Shown in pieces: positions 31,531 to 40,296 of a DNA stretch of 64,000 bases. The stretch is from an uncultured Actinomycetota bacterium (GTDB lineage: Bacteria; Actinomycetota; Actinomycetes; JAFAQI01): the NCBI GenBank assembly GCA_963770565.1, contig CAVYQE010000008.1, forward strand, positions 96,001 through 160,000, given 5' to 3'. Each line of letters starts with the position of its first letter. Position 1 is the stretch's first letter. The translations under genes and the position numbers were made by a program. The notes beneath the pieces were generated by a model. It made no database searches. It was not told the origin of the DNA and saw only the letters and a program-made list of their open reading frames with translations.

Positions 31531-32214
31531 CTCGTGCTCCTCGACGTCGTCGAGCGGATCGAGCGGCCCGCAGACAGCCGCGAGCAGATGGTCCGCGAGC
31601 GCGGGGTTGCGGGCCAGCGCAGGACCATGCAGGTACGTCGCGACCACACTGCCCTGGATCGCGCCGTCGCTCCCTGCGTCGCCGTTGCCGATCCCCGTGC
31701 GGACCGAGGCGAATGGTCTCGCGGAAGGGCCGAGGACGGTCCGGCCGCCGTGGTTCTCATAGCCGGTGACCGTGCCGACCTCGACGAACGCCGACTGACC
31801 GAGCAGCTCACCGACCGCGCGTGAGCCCGGGAGCCGGTCGGTGCGGCAGTCGATCAGGCCCAGGCCCGCGTGCACCGCACCCTGGCCGTCGAGAAAGGTC
31901 TCACCGAGGATCTGGAAGCCCGCGCACACTGCGATGACCGGCTTGCCGGCATCGACCGCCCGGGCCAGCACGCCGCTGCCCAACCGGCTGACCGCGAGGG
32001 TCTGCGCACTGTCCTCACCGCCGCCGAGGACATAGAGATCGAGCTGTTCGGGGACCTCGTCGTCGATCTCCACCCGGACGATCTCCGCGGCCAGCCCGCG
32101 CCAGCGCAGTCGCTGGGCGAGCACGGTCGCGTTGCCGCCGTCGCCGTACGTCCCGAGCAGCGACGGGTAGAGCAACCCGATCCGGACCGGGTCGGCCGGG
32201 TCCCGGCTAGCCAC
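31444..32214 (-). CDS. gatD: lipid II isoglutaminyl synthase glutaminase subunit
   Basis: LYPSLLGTYGDGGN, AVCAGFQILG, GYENHGG, TYLHGP. Confidence 0.92.
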   Translation of the reverse strand: MASRDPADPVRIGLLYPSLLGTYGDGGNATVLAQRLRWRGLAAEIVRVEIDDEVPEQLDLYVLGGGEDSAQTLAVSRLGSGVLARAVDAGKPVIAVCAGFQILGETFLDGQGAVHAGLGLIDCRTDRLPGSRAVGELLGQSAFVEVGTVTGYENHGGRTVLGPSARPFASVRTGIGNGDAGSDGAIQGSVVATYLHGPALARNPALADHLLAAVCGPLDPLDDVEEHELRRERFAALRRANVTRWRRQWRPAARDR

Positions 32215-33433
32215 GGCCGACCACCTGGCGGTAGGTCTGGAAGGCGGTGTAGTTGGCTAGCACCTCGACCGGACCGATCCGTCCGGCTGACCGCAGCGCG
32301 GTCGCGGGGTCGTCGACCCGAGTGTGCTCGACGTCGGCGTACCGGAGCCGGACCGCGACGTCGCGCGACCGCTCGCCGGTCGCCACCACCGACCGGCCGT
32401 GCAAGACCTCGAACGGCACGTCCCAGAGCCAGGACGGGTCGCGGCCGTCTGCCGCGTGCGCGTTGACGGCGACGACCACCCCGATGTCGCCGGCCGGCAG
32501 CATCGACAGCGCCTCGAGCCAGCCAGCCGGATTCTTGGCGAGCAGCAGCCGGGCCGGCACGTCGTGGTACGTCGTTGACAGGTAGCGACCCTCGACCTCG
32601 GCGATGCCGGCCATCGCCGCGAAGGCATCGGCCGGCGAGACGCCCCACAGCCCCGCAGCGGCCGCGGCGAGCGCGGCATTGCCGACATTCACCTGACCGG
32701 GAAGCGCGAGTGCGACGGTGTGGCGCCCGCCGCTCGGGTCGATCACGGTGATGCCGTCCACGACCCAGTCCGGGGTCGGGCGGCGCAGGCCGCAGTCGCT
32801 GCTCCAGTCGTTCCCGGTACGGCGGATGACCCCGCCGCACTGCGGGCAGGCGGCGGTGTCGCTGTGCCAGCGCTGGCCGGCCGCGACCCAGATCGTCGTC
32901 GGCGCCGCGGAAGCGGCCCAGACCACCAGCGGGTCGTCGCAGTTGGCCACGGCGGTCGGCGCCTCGGGACGGTCGAGGGTGTCGCGCCAGATCCCAGCCA
33001 GGCGTCGTACCTCGGCGTACCGGTCGAGCTGGTCCCGGCTGAGGTTCAGCAGGACGACCGCTCGCGGATGTACCGCGGCTGCGACGAGCGGCAGGAACGG
33101 CTCGTCGACCTCGAGGACGCCGTCCTGGGCGGATCGATCCGAGGCGAGCGCGGCCGTCAGCCCGGTGGGCAGGTTGGCGCCGCCGCTGTTGGAGACCACG
33201 GGACCCCGGGTGGCGAGGGCGGCGACCAGCAGGGTCCGGGTCGTGGTCTTGCCGTTGGTGCCGCTGACCAGCGCGAGCGTCCGTCCGGCGGCGGTGCGGG
33301 AGAGCGCGGCCGGGTCGAGCAGCAGGGTGATCCGGCCACCGATCGTGGTGCCGTCGCCGCGGCCGGTCAGCCGGGACAGGCCGGCCGCAGCGCTGCCGAC
33401 CGAGCGGGCAACCGCGAACCGGGTCGGCGTCAC
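32207..33433 (-). CDS. murT: lipid II isoglutaminyl synthase ligase subunit
   Basis: SGTNGKTTT, LEVDE, NLSRDQLDR, LAKNPAG, DGRDPSWLWD, ANYTAF. Confidence 0.93.
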   Translation of the reverse strand: MTPTRFAVARSVGSAAAGLSRLTGRGDGTTIGGRITLLLDPAALSRTAAGRTLALVSGTNGKTTTRTLLVAALATRGPVVSNSGGANLPTGLTAALASDRSAQDGVLEVDEPFLPLVAAAVHPRAVVLLNLSRDQLDRYAEVRRLAGIWRDTLDRPEAPTAVANCDDPLVVWAASAAPTTIWVAAGQRWHSDTAACPQCGGVIRRTGNDWSSDCGLRRPTPDWVVDGITVIDPSGGRHTVALALPGQVNVGNAALAAAAAGLWGVSPADAFAAMAGIAEVEGRYLSTTYHDVPARLLLAKNPAGWLEALSMLPAGDIGVVVAVNAHAADGRDPSWLWDVPFEVLHGRSVVATGERSRDVAVRLRYADVEHTRVDDPATALRSAGRIGPVEVLANYTAFQTYRQVVGRG

Positions 33434-33627
33434 CCCTTGACGTTGAGCCGCGCGATGTAGACCAGCGTCGCGTAGCAGAGCCCGGTGACGGCCGCAACAA
33501 TCGGCCAGACCGTGCGGATGACCCGCGGCGACGCGGTGGAGAGCTTCTTCGAGATCAGGGTGCCGATCGCGAGCAACACCAGGCTGAACCCCGCCAGCAC
33601 GAGGACGAACTTGGATTCGGTGCTCAC
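33430..33627 (-). CDS. small two-TM membrane protein
   Basis: Two hydrophobic segments; GGAGAG SD; GTGA overlap with murT. Confidence 0.7.
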   Translation of the reverse strand: MSTESKFVLVLAGFSLVLLAIGTLISKKLSTASPRVIRTVWPIVAAVTGLCYATLVYIARLNVKG

Positions 33628-33671
33628 GTCGCTCTCCGTCTACGGTCGGTCCGGGTCGGCCTGGTGGAAGC

Positions 33672-35507
33672 CTACCGACTGGCGTACTCCCGATGGTGAC
33701 GCGGCTTGCGTCGCGACACGCGGCCGACCTTCGCGCCGGTCGTGGACAGCGCCCGGGCGGTGTTGACCAGCGGCACGTGGCTGAACGCCTGCGGGGTGTT
33801 GCCGACCTGGCGCTTGCCGACCGGGTCCCACTCTTCGGAGAGCAGGCCGACGTCGTTGCGGAGGTCGAGGACCCGCTCGAACGTCTCGCGGGCCTCGCGT
33901 TCACGGCCGATCAGGTGGAGGTCGTCGGCCAGCCAGAGGGTGCAGGCCAGGAACGCCCCTTCGGTGCCGCGCAGCCCGTCGCCAGCCGCCGTCGTGTCGT
34001 AGCGCAGGACGAAGCCGTCGTGGGTGAGCTCCCGCGCGATCGTGTCGACCGTGCCGATCACCCGCGGGTCGTCCGGCGGCAAGAACCCGACCTGGGGGAT
34101 GAGCAGGGTCGATGCATCCAGCGTGGTGGAGCCGTAGGACTGGGTGAAGGTCCCGCGGTCGGCGTTGTAGCCCTCTCGGCAGACCTCCTCGTGGATCCGG
34201 TCGCGCGCCCCGCGCCATTCGTCGACCGGCCCGCTCAGGCCGAACTGCTCGACCGCCAGCACCGCCCGGTCGAAGCCGACCCAGGCCATCACCTTCGAGT
34301 GCACGAAGTGACGCGGGTCGCCGCGCATCTCCCACAGCGACTGGTCGGGCTGCGCCCACTGGCTTTCGAGCTGGTCGAGGACGACCCGCTGCAAGGCCCA
34401 CGAGTTGTCGTGGGCACTCAGTCCCGACGTGCGGTCCAGGTGCAGGGCGTCGAGCAGCTCGCCGTACACATCCAGCTGGAACTGGCCGGATGCCTCGTTG
34501 CCGACCCGGACCGGGAGCGAGCCCTCGTAGCCCGACAGCCACGGCAGGGTGAACTCGGTCAGCCGCCGCTCGCCGGAGATGCCGTACATGATCTGCATCT
34601 TTCGCGGGTCGCCGGCGACGGCGCGCAGCAGCCACTCGCGCCAGGCCTTGGCCTCGTCGGTGCAGCCGGCGTAGATGAGCGCCTGCAGCGTCATCGTGGC
34701 GTCGCGCAGCCAGCAGTAGCGGTAGTCCCAGTTGCGTTCGCCGCCGATCGCCTCAGGCAACGAGGTGGTGGCCGCGGCGACAATGCCACCGGTCGGGGCG
34801 TAGGTCAACGCCTTGAGGGTGGCGAGCGAGCGGATCACCGCCTCCCGCCACTCCCCGTCGTAATGGCAGTGCGCGACCCATTGCGTCCAGGCGGTCTCGG
34901 TGTCGCGCAGCGCTTCCTCGGCGTCCACCGCTCGCGGCGGTGGCAGGTGTGACTGCTGCCAGGTCAGCACGAACGGGATCCGGTCGCCGGCGTTGACGCT
35001 GAACTGTGCGTGGTGAGCCATGTCCTTTGCGTGGAGCTGGATCGCCGTGCGCAGGCAGACCGAGTCCGGGCCGGCGATCATCCGCAGGTGGCCGTCCATC
35101 CGTCGCGCCCACGGCATGATCGAGCCGTAGTCGAATCTGACCCGCAGCGTGGTCTCCATGTCGACGCGACCCGAGACGCCCTCTACGATCCGTACGACGT
35201 CCGGTGCCTCGCCGCGCGGCGGCATGAAGTCGATGATCCGGACCGCGCCGCTCTTGGTCTCCCACTCGGTCTCGAGAATCAGCGAGTCGCCGCGGTAGCG
35301 CCGGCGGGTGCATTCCGGCGCGCCCGCCGGGGACAGCTGCCAGCTGCCGTTCTCGGCGTCACCGAGCAGCGCGGCGAAGCAGGCGCCGGAGTCGAAGTGC
35401 GGGAAGGCCAGCCAGTCGATGGCGCCGCGACGACTCACCAGCGCCGCGGTGTGCAGGTCGCCGAGGAGCGCGTAGCTCTCGATCGGCTCGTGGGTCGAGG
35501 TCGTCAC
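33672..35507 (-). CDS. GH15 glucoamylase/trehalase-like hydrolase
   Basis: IESYALLGD, TTSLPE...RNWDYRYCWLRD, QLDVYGE, GLLSEE, GNTPQAFSH. Confidence 0.93.
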   Translation of the reverse strand: MTTSTHEPIESYALLGDLHTAALVSRRGAIDWLAFPHFDSGACFAALLGDAENGSWQLSPAGAPECTRRRYRGDSLILETEWETKSGAVRIIDFMPPRGEAPDVVRIVEGVSGRVDMETTLRVRFDYGSIMPWARRMDGHLRMIAGPDSVCLRTAIQLHAKDMAHHAQFSVNAGDRIPFVLTWQQSHLPPPRAVDAEEALRDTETAWTQWVAHCHYDGEWREAVIRSLATLKALTYAPTGGIVAAATTSLPEAIGGERNWDYRYCWLRDATMTLQALIYAGCTDEAKAWREWLLRAVAGDPRKMQIMYGISGERRLTEFTLPWLSGYEGSLPVRVGNEASGQFQLDVYGELLDALHLDRTSGLSAHDNSWALQRVVLDQLESQWAQPDQSLWEMRGDPRHFVHSKVMAWVGFDRAVLAVEQFGLSGPVDEWRGARDRIHEEVCREGYNADRGTFTQSYGSTTLDASTLLIPQVGFLPPDDPRVIGTVDTIARELTHDGFVLRYDTTAAGDGLRGTEGAFLACTLWLADDLHLIGREREARETFERVLDLRNDVGLLSEEWDPVGKRQVGNTPQAFSHVPLVNTARALSTTGAKVGRVSRRKPRHHREYASR

Positions 35508-35586
35508 CTGGCTGACAGTAGCCTCGTCATCGAAGGCAGGCCACGGGGTGTCCGGTGCCGGCCGGGTCGTAGGCGGGAGCGTCGAG

Positions 35587-35925
35587 ATGAGCGTGCGGCA
35601 GCTGGTGCTGTGCACGATCGCGGCCGGCCTCGTCACCTCGCTGGCCGGCTGCAACAGTTCGACGCTGACCAAGCAGGAACTGGTGGTCTACTTCACCCAG
35701 AACGCGCCGACCTCGGATCACACGGCGGCACTCAAGGCGTGTGCGCACGCCGCGCCGAATGCGAACCCCGAGCCGATCCTGAAGAGCAACCTCGCGTCCG
35801 ACCAGGTCGGCGACGTCCGGTTCCGGATCGACCACGCCGACGACAAGGACATCGCGCTGCTGACCGAGTGCCTGAACAAGCAGCCGGGCGTGGCCGGCGT
35901 CGATATCCCGGACCTCACCGACTAG
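35587..35925 (+). CDS. small lipoprotein
   Basis: Lipobox LAGC; two further Cys in the mature part. Confidence 0.8.
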   Translation: MSVRQLVLCTIAAGLVTSLAGCNSSTLTKQELVVYFTQNAPTSDHTAALKACAHAAPNANPEPILKSNLASDQVGDVRFRIDHADDKDIALLTECLNKQPGVAGVDIPDLTD

Positions 35926-35935
35926 TGATGGGGTT

Positions 35936-37591
35936 CTAGCCCGACACCTGCACCGAGCTCAGCGTCTGCGGGTGGTCGGACACGGCCTCCAACCGCAGCC
36001 GGGTGCCCGGCGAGGGTTGGAACCCGCGGTCCGGGTTGACCAACTGGTAGTCCGCGGTCTGCCCGGCGGCCAGGCTGGCCGGACCGCTGCTGACCGTCCA
36101 GAAGACGCCGAGCTGGGCATCGCCGAGCAGGACGAAGCTCGGATGGACGCGGTGGCCCGAGCGGTTGTGGACGTCGACCTCGATGTTGGTCAGCCGGCCG
36201 GCCGGGCCGCGCTGGGTGGTGACGACCGTCATGCGTAGCGGGCTCGGCGTCGCCAGGGCGACCGCCACGCACGCGACGACGACCGCGGTCGCGACTCCCG
36301 CCGCCGCCCATCGGACCCAGGAGCGATCCAACCGGGCTGGCGCCGCCAACGGTCTGGCGGTCGAGAAGTCGGTCGTCGCCGCGGTCACAGCGGCGAGCAC
36401 CCACAGCGGAGCGACGACGACGTAGTAGGTGTCCTCGGACCGGATCGCCAGCCAGAAGACCACGATCGGGAGCACCGCGATCGCCGGTGCGAGCCGACCG
36501 GGCGCGAGCGCGAGCGCGACGAGCAGGGCGACGTATGCGACCGCGGCGGCGTACGTGAAGAAGTCCAGCGCCCCGCTGCCGGCGGCCAAGTTGCCGCTGA
36601 CCATCGCGATGCCGGGCCCATAGATCAAGGCGTGCTGGGTCACGACGCTCGTGATCCCGTGCCACCAGTCGCCGGCGCCGACCACCGCGAACGGGAGGTT
36701 GATGATCGCGAACGTCCCGAGCGCGATGCCGAGATAGCGGGCGACTACGACGGCGGCCGCGGATCGCGACAGCTCGGCTCGGCGCATCCGCCACAGGCCG
36801 ACGGCGACGAACGGCACGAGGAACCACGCGAGCTGCTGGGTCGCCATCGCCACGCCCAGGCAGAGTGCCTTGGCCAGCCCGGGCCGGCCGAGTCGCCCGG
36901 ACCGCCCCGTGGCCGGCCACCGCCAGAGCGCCGCGGCGAGAAACGGTACGGCGACTACTTCGGGCGCCCCGGCCGCCGCCCGGCTGGCCTCGAACGCGAT
37001 CCCGAACACGACCAGGACCGCAAGCGGCCGCCACGAGGCCGGGAGCACCGCGAACATGAAACCGGCGGTCGCGATCAGGGCGAGCCCGGTGATGACGGCC
37101 GGAGTGGCCAGGCCGTGCCACACCAGCCCGGCCGCCGCGCCGAGCAGCGCGCTCACCGGCGGGTAGACGAACCGGTCGACCACGCCGCCGCCCATTAGCT
37201 GGGTCGGCAGCTGCGCGACCGCGGCCGGCCAGTGGTAGTGGTACGGGCTGTGGCCGTGCCGCAGGACGTCGATCGCGTGCGAGGTGAGAAGCCCCTCGTC
37301 GCTGTAGGTGACGCTGCCGGTGGCGAACCGGTGCATCTGGACCGCTTCGATCAGGACGGCGACCGCGAGCACACCGAGGTCCACCCGGACGACGGTTCGG
37401 CGGTGCCTGGCACAGATCGCCGTGACGATCAGCGCGAGCAGGGCGGCGTACCCGAGGCTGACGACCAGGCCGAGATTGGCGGAGTCGGTGGTGGTGTGCA
37501 GCCAGATCGTGCGCAGCCCGGCCAGAATCGAGGCCGCGGCGAGCGCGGAGAGCACCCGGTGCGTGCGACCCGGCGCTAGTTCAGGTACCAC
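35936..37591 (-). CDS. GT-C-like polytopic membrane glycosyltransferase with C-terminal beta domain
   Basis: YSDEG and FVYPP in the first loop, TQQLAW, INLPF; many TM segments. Confidence 0.7.
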   Translation of the reverse strand: MVPELAPGRTHRVLSALAAASILAGLRTIWLHTTTDSANLGLVVSLGYAALLALIVTAICARHRRTVVRVDLGVLAVAVLIEAVQMHRFATGSVTYSDEGLLTSHAIDVLRHGHSPYHYHWPAAVAQLPTQLMGGGVVDRFVYPPVSALLGAAAGLVWHGLATPAVITGLALIATAGFMFAVLPASWRPLAVLVVFGIAFEASRAAAGAPEVVAVPFLAAALWRWPATGRSGRLGRPGLAKALCLGVAMATQQLAWFLVPFVAVGLWRMRRAELSRSAAAVVVARYLGIALGTFAIINLPFAVVGAGDWWHGITSVVTQHALIYGPGIAMVSGNLAAGSGALDFFTYAAAVAYVALLVALALAPGRLAPAIAVLPIVVFWLAIRSEDTYYVVVAPLWVLAAVTAATTDFSTARPLAAPARLDRSWVRWAAAGVATAVVVACVAVALATPSPLRMTVVTTQRGPAGRLTNIEVDVHNRSGHRVHPSFVLLGDAQLGVFWTVSSGPASLAAGQTADYQLVNPDRGFQPSPGTRLRLEAVSDHPQTLSSVQVSG

Positions 37592-38724
37592 GCATCGCCG
37601 GGCTTGCCCGACGCGAAGATCTTCTGGTCGATGCCCTTCCGGAACGCCGGCAGGCTCTTCGGCTCCATCGGGTCGACGAACGGCCAGAAGCTGCGGTCGG
37701 TGTACTTGTGCTGCTCGAAGTAGATCAGGCCGTTGAAGCGCTTGCTCACCGCGATCGAGTGCAGCAGGTTCGTGATCTGCCAGGCCTTGCGATAGCTACG
37801 CCCGACCCCGGTCTCGGCCAGGAGCCACGGCTTGTGCCCGGCGACGCTCTTGAGCTGGTCGATCGTGGAGCCGAACAGCTTGGCGAAGGTGTACGACGGG
37901 TGGCTGTAATAGCCGTCGATGCCGACCCAGTCGACCCAGTCGCGGCCGGGGTAGATCTTGCCGAAGTGGATCAGCTTCTCGCCCTTCACGCCCTGGAAGT
38001 TCGGGCTCCACACCCACAGCACGTTGGTCGCGTGCTCGGCGGTGAAGATCCGGTAGACGTGCCGCCACATCTCGACGTAGAGCTTGCCCTTTTCGGTCGG
38101 CGTGTCGGCGGTGGGTTGCTCGGTGTTGTTCGTGACGCCCCAGGGGTACCAGAAGCCGTTGGGCTCCTGGTCGAACCGCAGCGCGATCGGGCAACCGATC
38201 GAGGCGATCGCCTGTGCGGTCGACCTGATGTAGTCGTCGAACTCACCCTTGATGATGTTCGGCATCGAGAACGCCTGCTGGGTGTAGGCGACACCTTGGG
38301 TCGGGTTGGTGGCGGTGGTGTCCCAGGACTCCCAGGTGAGCATCGGCATCATGCCGGCCGCGCAGGCGTTCTCGGCGATCGTGGGGTCGAAGTTCGGTAC
38401 GCCGGCCAGCGCGTTCGCGGCGGTGCCCCAGTCGAGGTAGTACATGTCGAGGTTCGGCCGCTTGCCGGTCTCGTTCCGGATCGTCGTGATCGGCGTGGTG
38501 ACCGACTGAGGGACGCCTTCCATGGAGATGCCGAAGTACTTGCGCTTCGGATGGAGCAGCCGGTTCTTGTTGATCTTGAAGCCAGGGCTGTTGGCCGGGA
38601 TGTAGCGCACGTGCGCGGCGGCGATCGACGCCGGGGTGACGCTCGCGCAGCCGGCCGCGCCCAGCACGCCGGTCGCGAGCGCGGCCGCCACGAGGGCACG
38701 CTGTCCGGAAGATGTCGATCTCAT
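37576..38724 (-). CDS. GH26 glycoside hydrolase, probable lipoprotein
   Basis: GAAGC lipobox; MLTWE, LRFDQEPNGFWYPW (acid/base), YPG..WVDWVGIDGY, LLAETG (nucleophile); ATGA overlap. Confidence 0.9.
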   Translation of the reverse strand: MRSTSSGQRALVAAALATGVLGAAGCASVTPASIAAAHVRYIPANSPGFKINKNRLLHPKRKYFGISMEGVPQSVTTPITTIRNETGKRPNLDMYYLDWGTAANALAGVPNFDPTIAENACAAGMMPMLTWESWDTTATNPTQGVAYTQQAFSMPNIIKGEFDDYIRSTAQAIASIGCPIALRFDQEPNGFWYPWGVTNNTEQPTADTPTEKGKLYVEMWRHVYRIFTAEHATNVLWVWSPNFQGVKGEKLIHFGKIYPGRDWVDWVGIDGYYSHPSYTFAKLFGSTIDQLKSVAGHKPWLLAETGVGRSYRKAWQITNLLHSIAVSKRFNGLIYFEQHKYTDRSFWPFVDPMEPKSLPAFRKGIDQKIFASGKPGDAWYLN

Positions 38725-40286
38725 CGCGGCAGCTCCGCCCGCCAGAGGTACCAATAATGGTGCTGATCTGTCTTTGAGAACGGCACTTTGGCCACCAAGG
38801 TGTAGCGGTTGCGGAGAATTGTCAACATTTGCTGGTCTAGCCCGATGGTGGCCCCTTCATCCCGGTACAGGAACAGCGCGAACTCGCCGTTCGTCAGTTG
38901 GTCCTGCATCACTTCAGCCCCGTTCGGCCCCTGGTACTGCCCGTCGTACGTCGTCTCCCACTGGTTGTACCCAGTTATGCCCGACAAGTAGTACGCCGGG
39001 ATGGCGCTGTCATCGACGAGGTACTTCTCGCTCCCGGCCCGGACGTAATGGGCGAGCACCAGGTTGATCTGGTTGGAGTTCGGCCAGCCGTAGACCATCG
39101 CCTGGGAGGTCCCCATCCCCGAGCTGAGCACGAGGATCGCGCCGACCAGCGCGGTGGCCGCCCTGGCCCCGAGAAGTCGCCCCCGGCGGAGCAGGGCCAT
39201 CCCGGTGACTCCGACGAGCGGGGCGAGGAACAGCACCCCGAACGCGATGTTCTTGTGCAGCGACGCCGACTCGGAGAACCGGATCTGGACCACCGCGGGC
39301 ACGAGCGACGTGGTGAGCAGCACGATCCCGAGCGCGGCGTGGCGACGCCACCCCAGTGCCACGCCGATCAGGCCGACCGCGGTCAGACCGCCGACGTAGG
39401 TGATGCAGTCACGAAGCAGGTCGTACCGGTTCTCGGGGAGCAGCGTCGTGCGGTTGAGCGAGGTGGAGAGCATGCCCTGCCAGTCGTGATGGTTGAGGAT
39501 CAGCGCACCGAGGCCGCAGCAGATCACCAGGGCAATGACCGCGAGCCCGGTCCTGCGCGCGGCCCGGCGGGCGCCGGAGCGCTGCAACACGACGAGGAAC
39601 GCTACGGCGAGCACGCTCGGGATGAAGGCGAGCGCGAAGTACTTCTCGGCGGTTGCGAGGGCGAGGCACGGGCCGAGCGCGAGCGCGAATCGGCGGCCGT
39701 CCGGGGTGCGGACCGCGAGGTAGAACGCGATCGCGAGCAGCAGCAGGCAGGGTGCGTCGAAGCTGGCGAACCGGCCCACGAAGATGGTCGCCGGGTTGAG
39801 ACCGAAGATCGCCGCCGCGATCAGTCCCGCACCCTGGCCGAACACCCGCCGGGTGGCCAGGTAGGCAAAGACGGTCGCGACGAGCACCATCGCGGTGTTG
39901 GCGGCGTGGACCGCCACGACACCGCCGAGGTGGTCGATCATCGCCGCCGGCACGGCGTAGACGGTCGGTACTCCGGAGAAGTAGGCACCGAAGTCCGGTG
40001 AGCGGGTGCCGTGCAGGAGGTGCGCGATGATCTGGTGGCCGGCGTTGATGTAGAGGGCCTCGTCCTCCTCCAGGCTGTTGTTGAGCCTGAACGCCAACCA
40101 CGCCTGGGCGATGAGGATCGGCGCGAGCCAGATGCCGTGGCTGGTGATCGCCCGGGTCATCCACCGGTCGAAGCGGGTCTCGCGGTGCGGTTGTTTGGTG
40201 TGCCGATCCGCCCGCAGACCGGTGCGCACTGGGCGGGTCTGAAGCGGCGCCGTCAGCGTGGGCTGGGGCGGGACGTCGATGCTCAT
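38721..40286 (-). CDS. GT-C (PMT_2/ArnT-like) glycosyltransferase
   Basis: LEEDEALYINAG loop, FASFDA, AEKY; about 11 TM segments and a C-terminal exported domain. Confidence 0.82.
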   Translation of the reverse strand: MSIDVPPQPTLTAPLQTRPVRTGLRADRHTKQPHRETRFDRWMTRAITSHGIWLAPILIAQAWLAFRLNNSLEEDEALYINAGHQIIAHLLHGTRSPDFGAYFSGVPTVYAVPAAMIDHLGGVVAVHAANTAMVLVATVFAYLATRRVFGQGAGLIAAAIFGLNPATIFVGRFASFDAPCLLLLAIAFYLAVRTPDGRRFALALGPCLALATAEKYFALAFIPSVLAVAFLVVLQRSGARRAARRTGLAVIALVICCGLGALILNHHDWQGMLSTSLNRTTLLPENRYDLLRDCITYVGGLTAVGLIGVALGWRRHAALGIVLLTTSLVPAVVQIRFSESASLHKNIAFGVLFLAPLVGVTGMALLRRGRLLGARAATALVGAILVLSSGMGTSQAMVYGWPNSNQINLVLAHYVRAGSEKYLVDDSAIPAYYLSGITGYNQWETTYDGQYQGPNGAEVMQDQLTNGEFALFLYRDEGATIGLDQQMLTILRNRYTLVAKVPFSKTDQHHYWYLWRAELPR

Positions 40287-40296
40287 ATCGCCGGGC

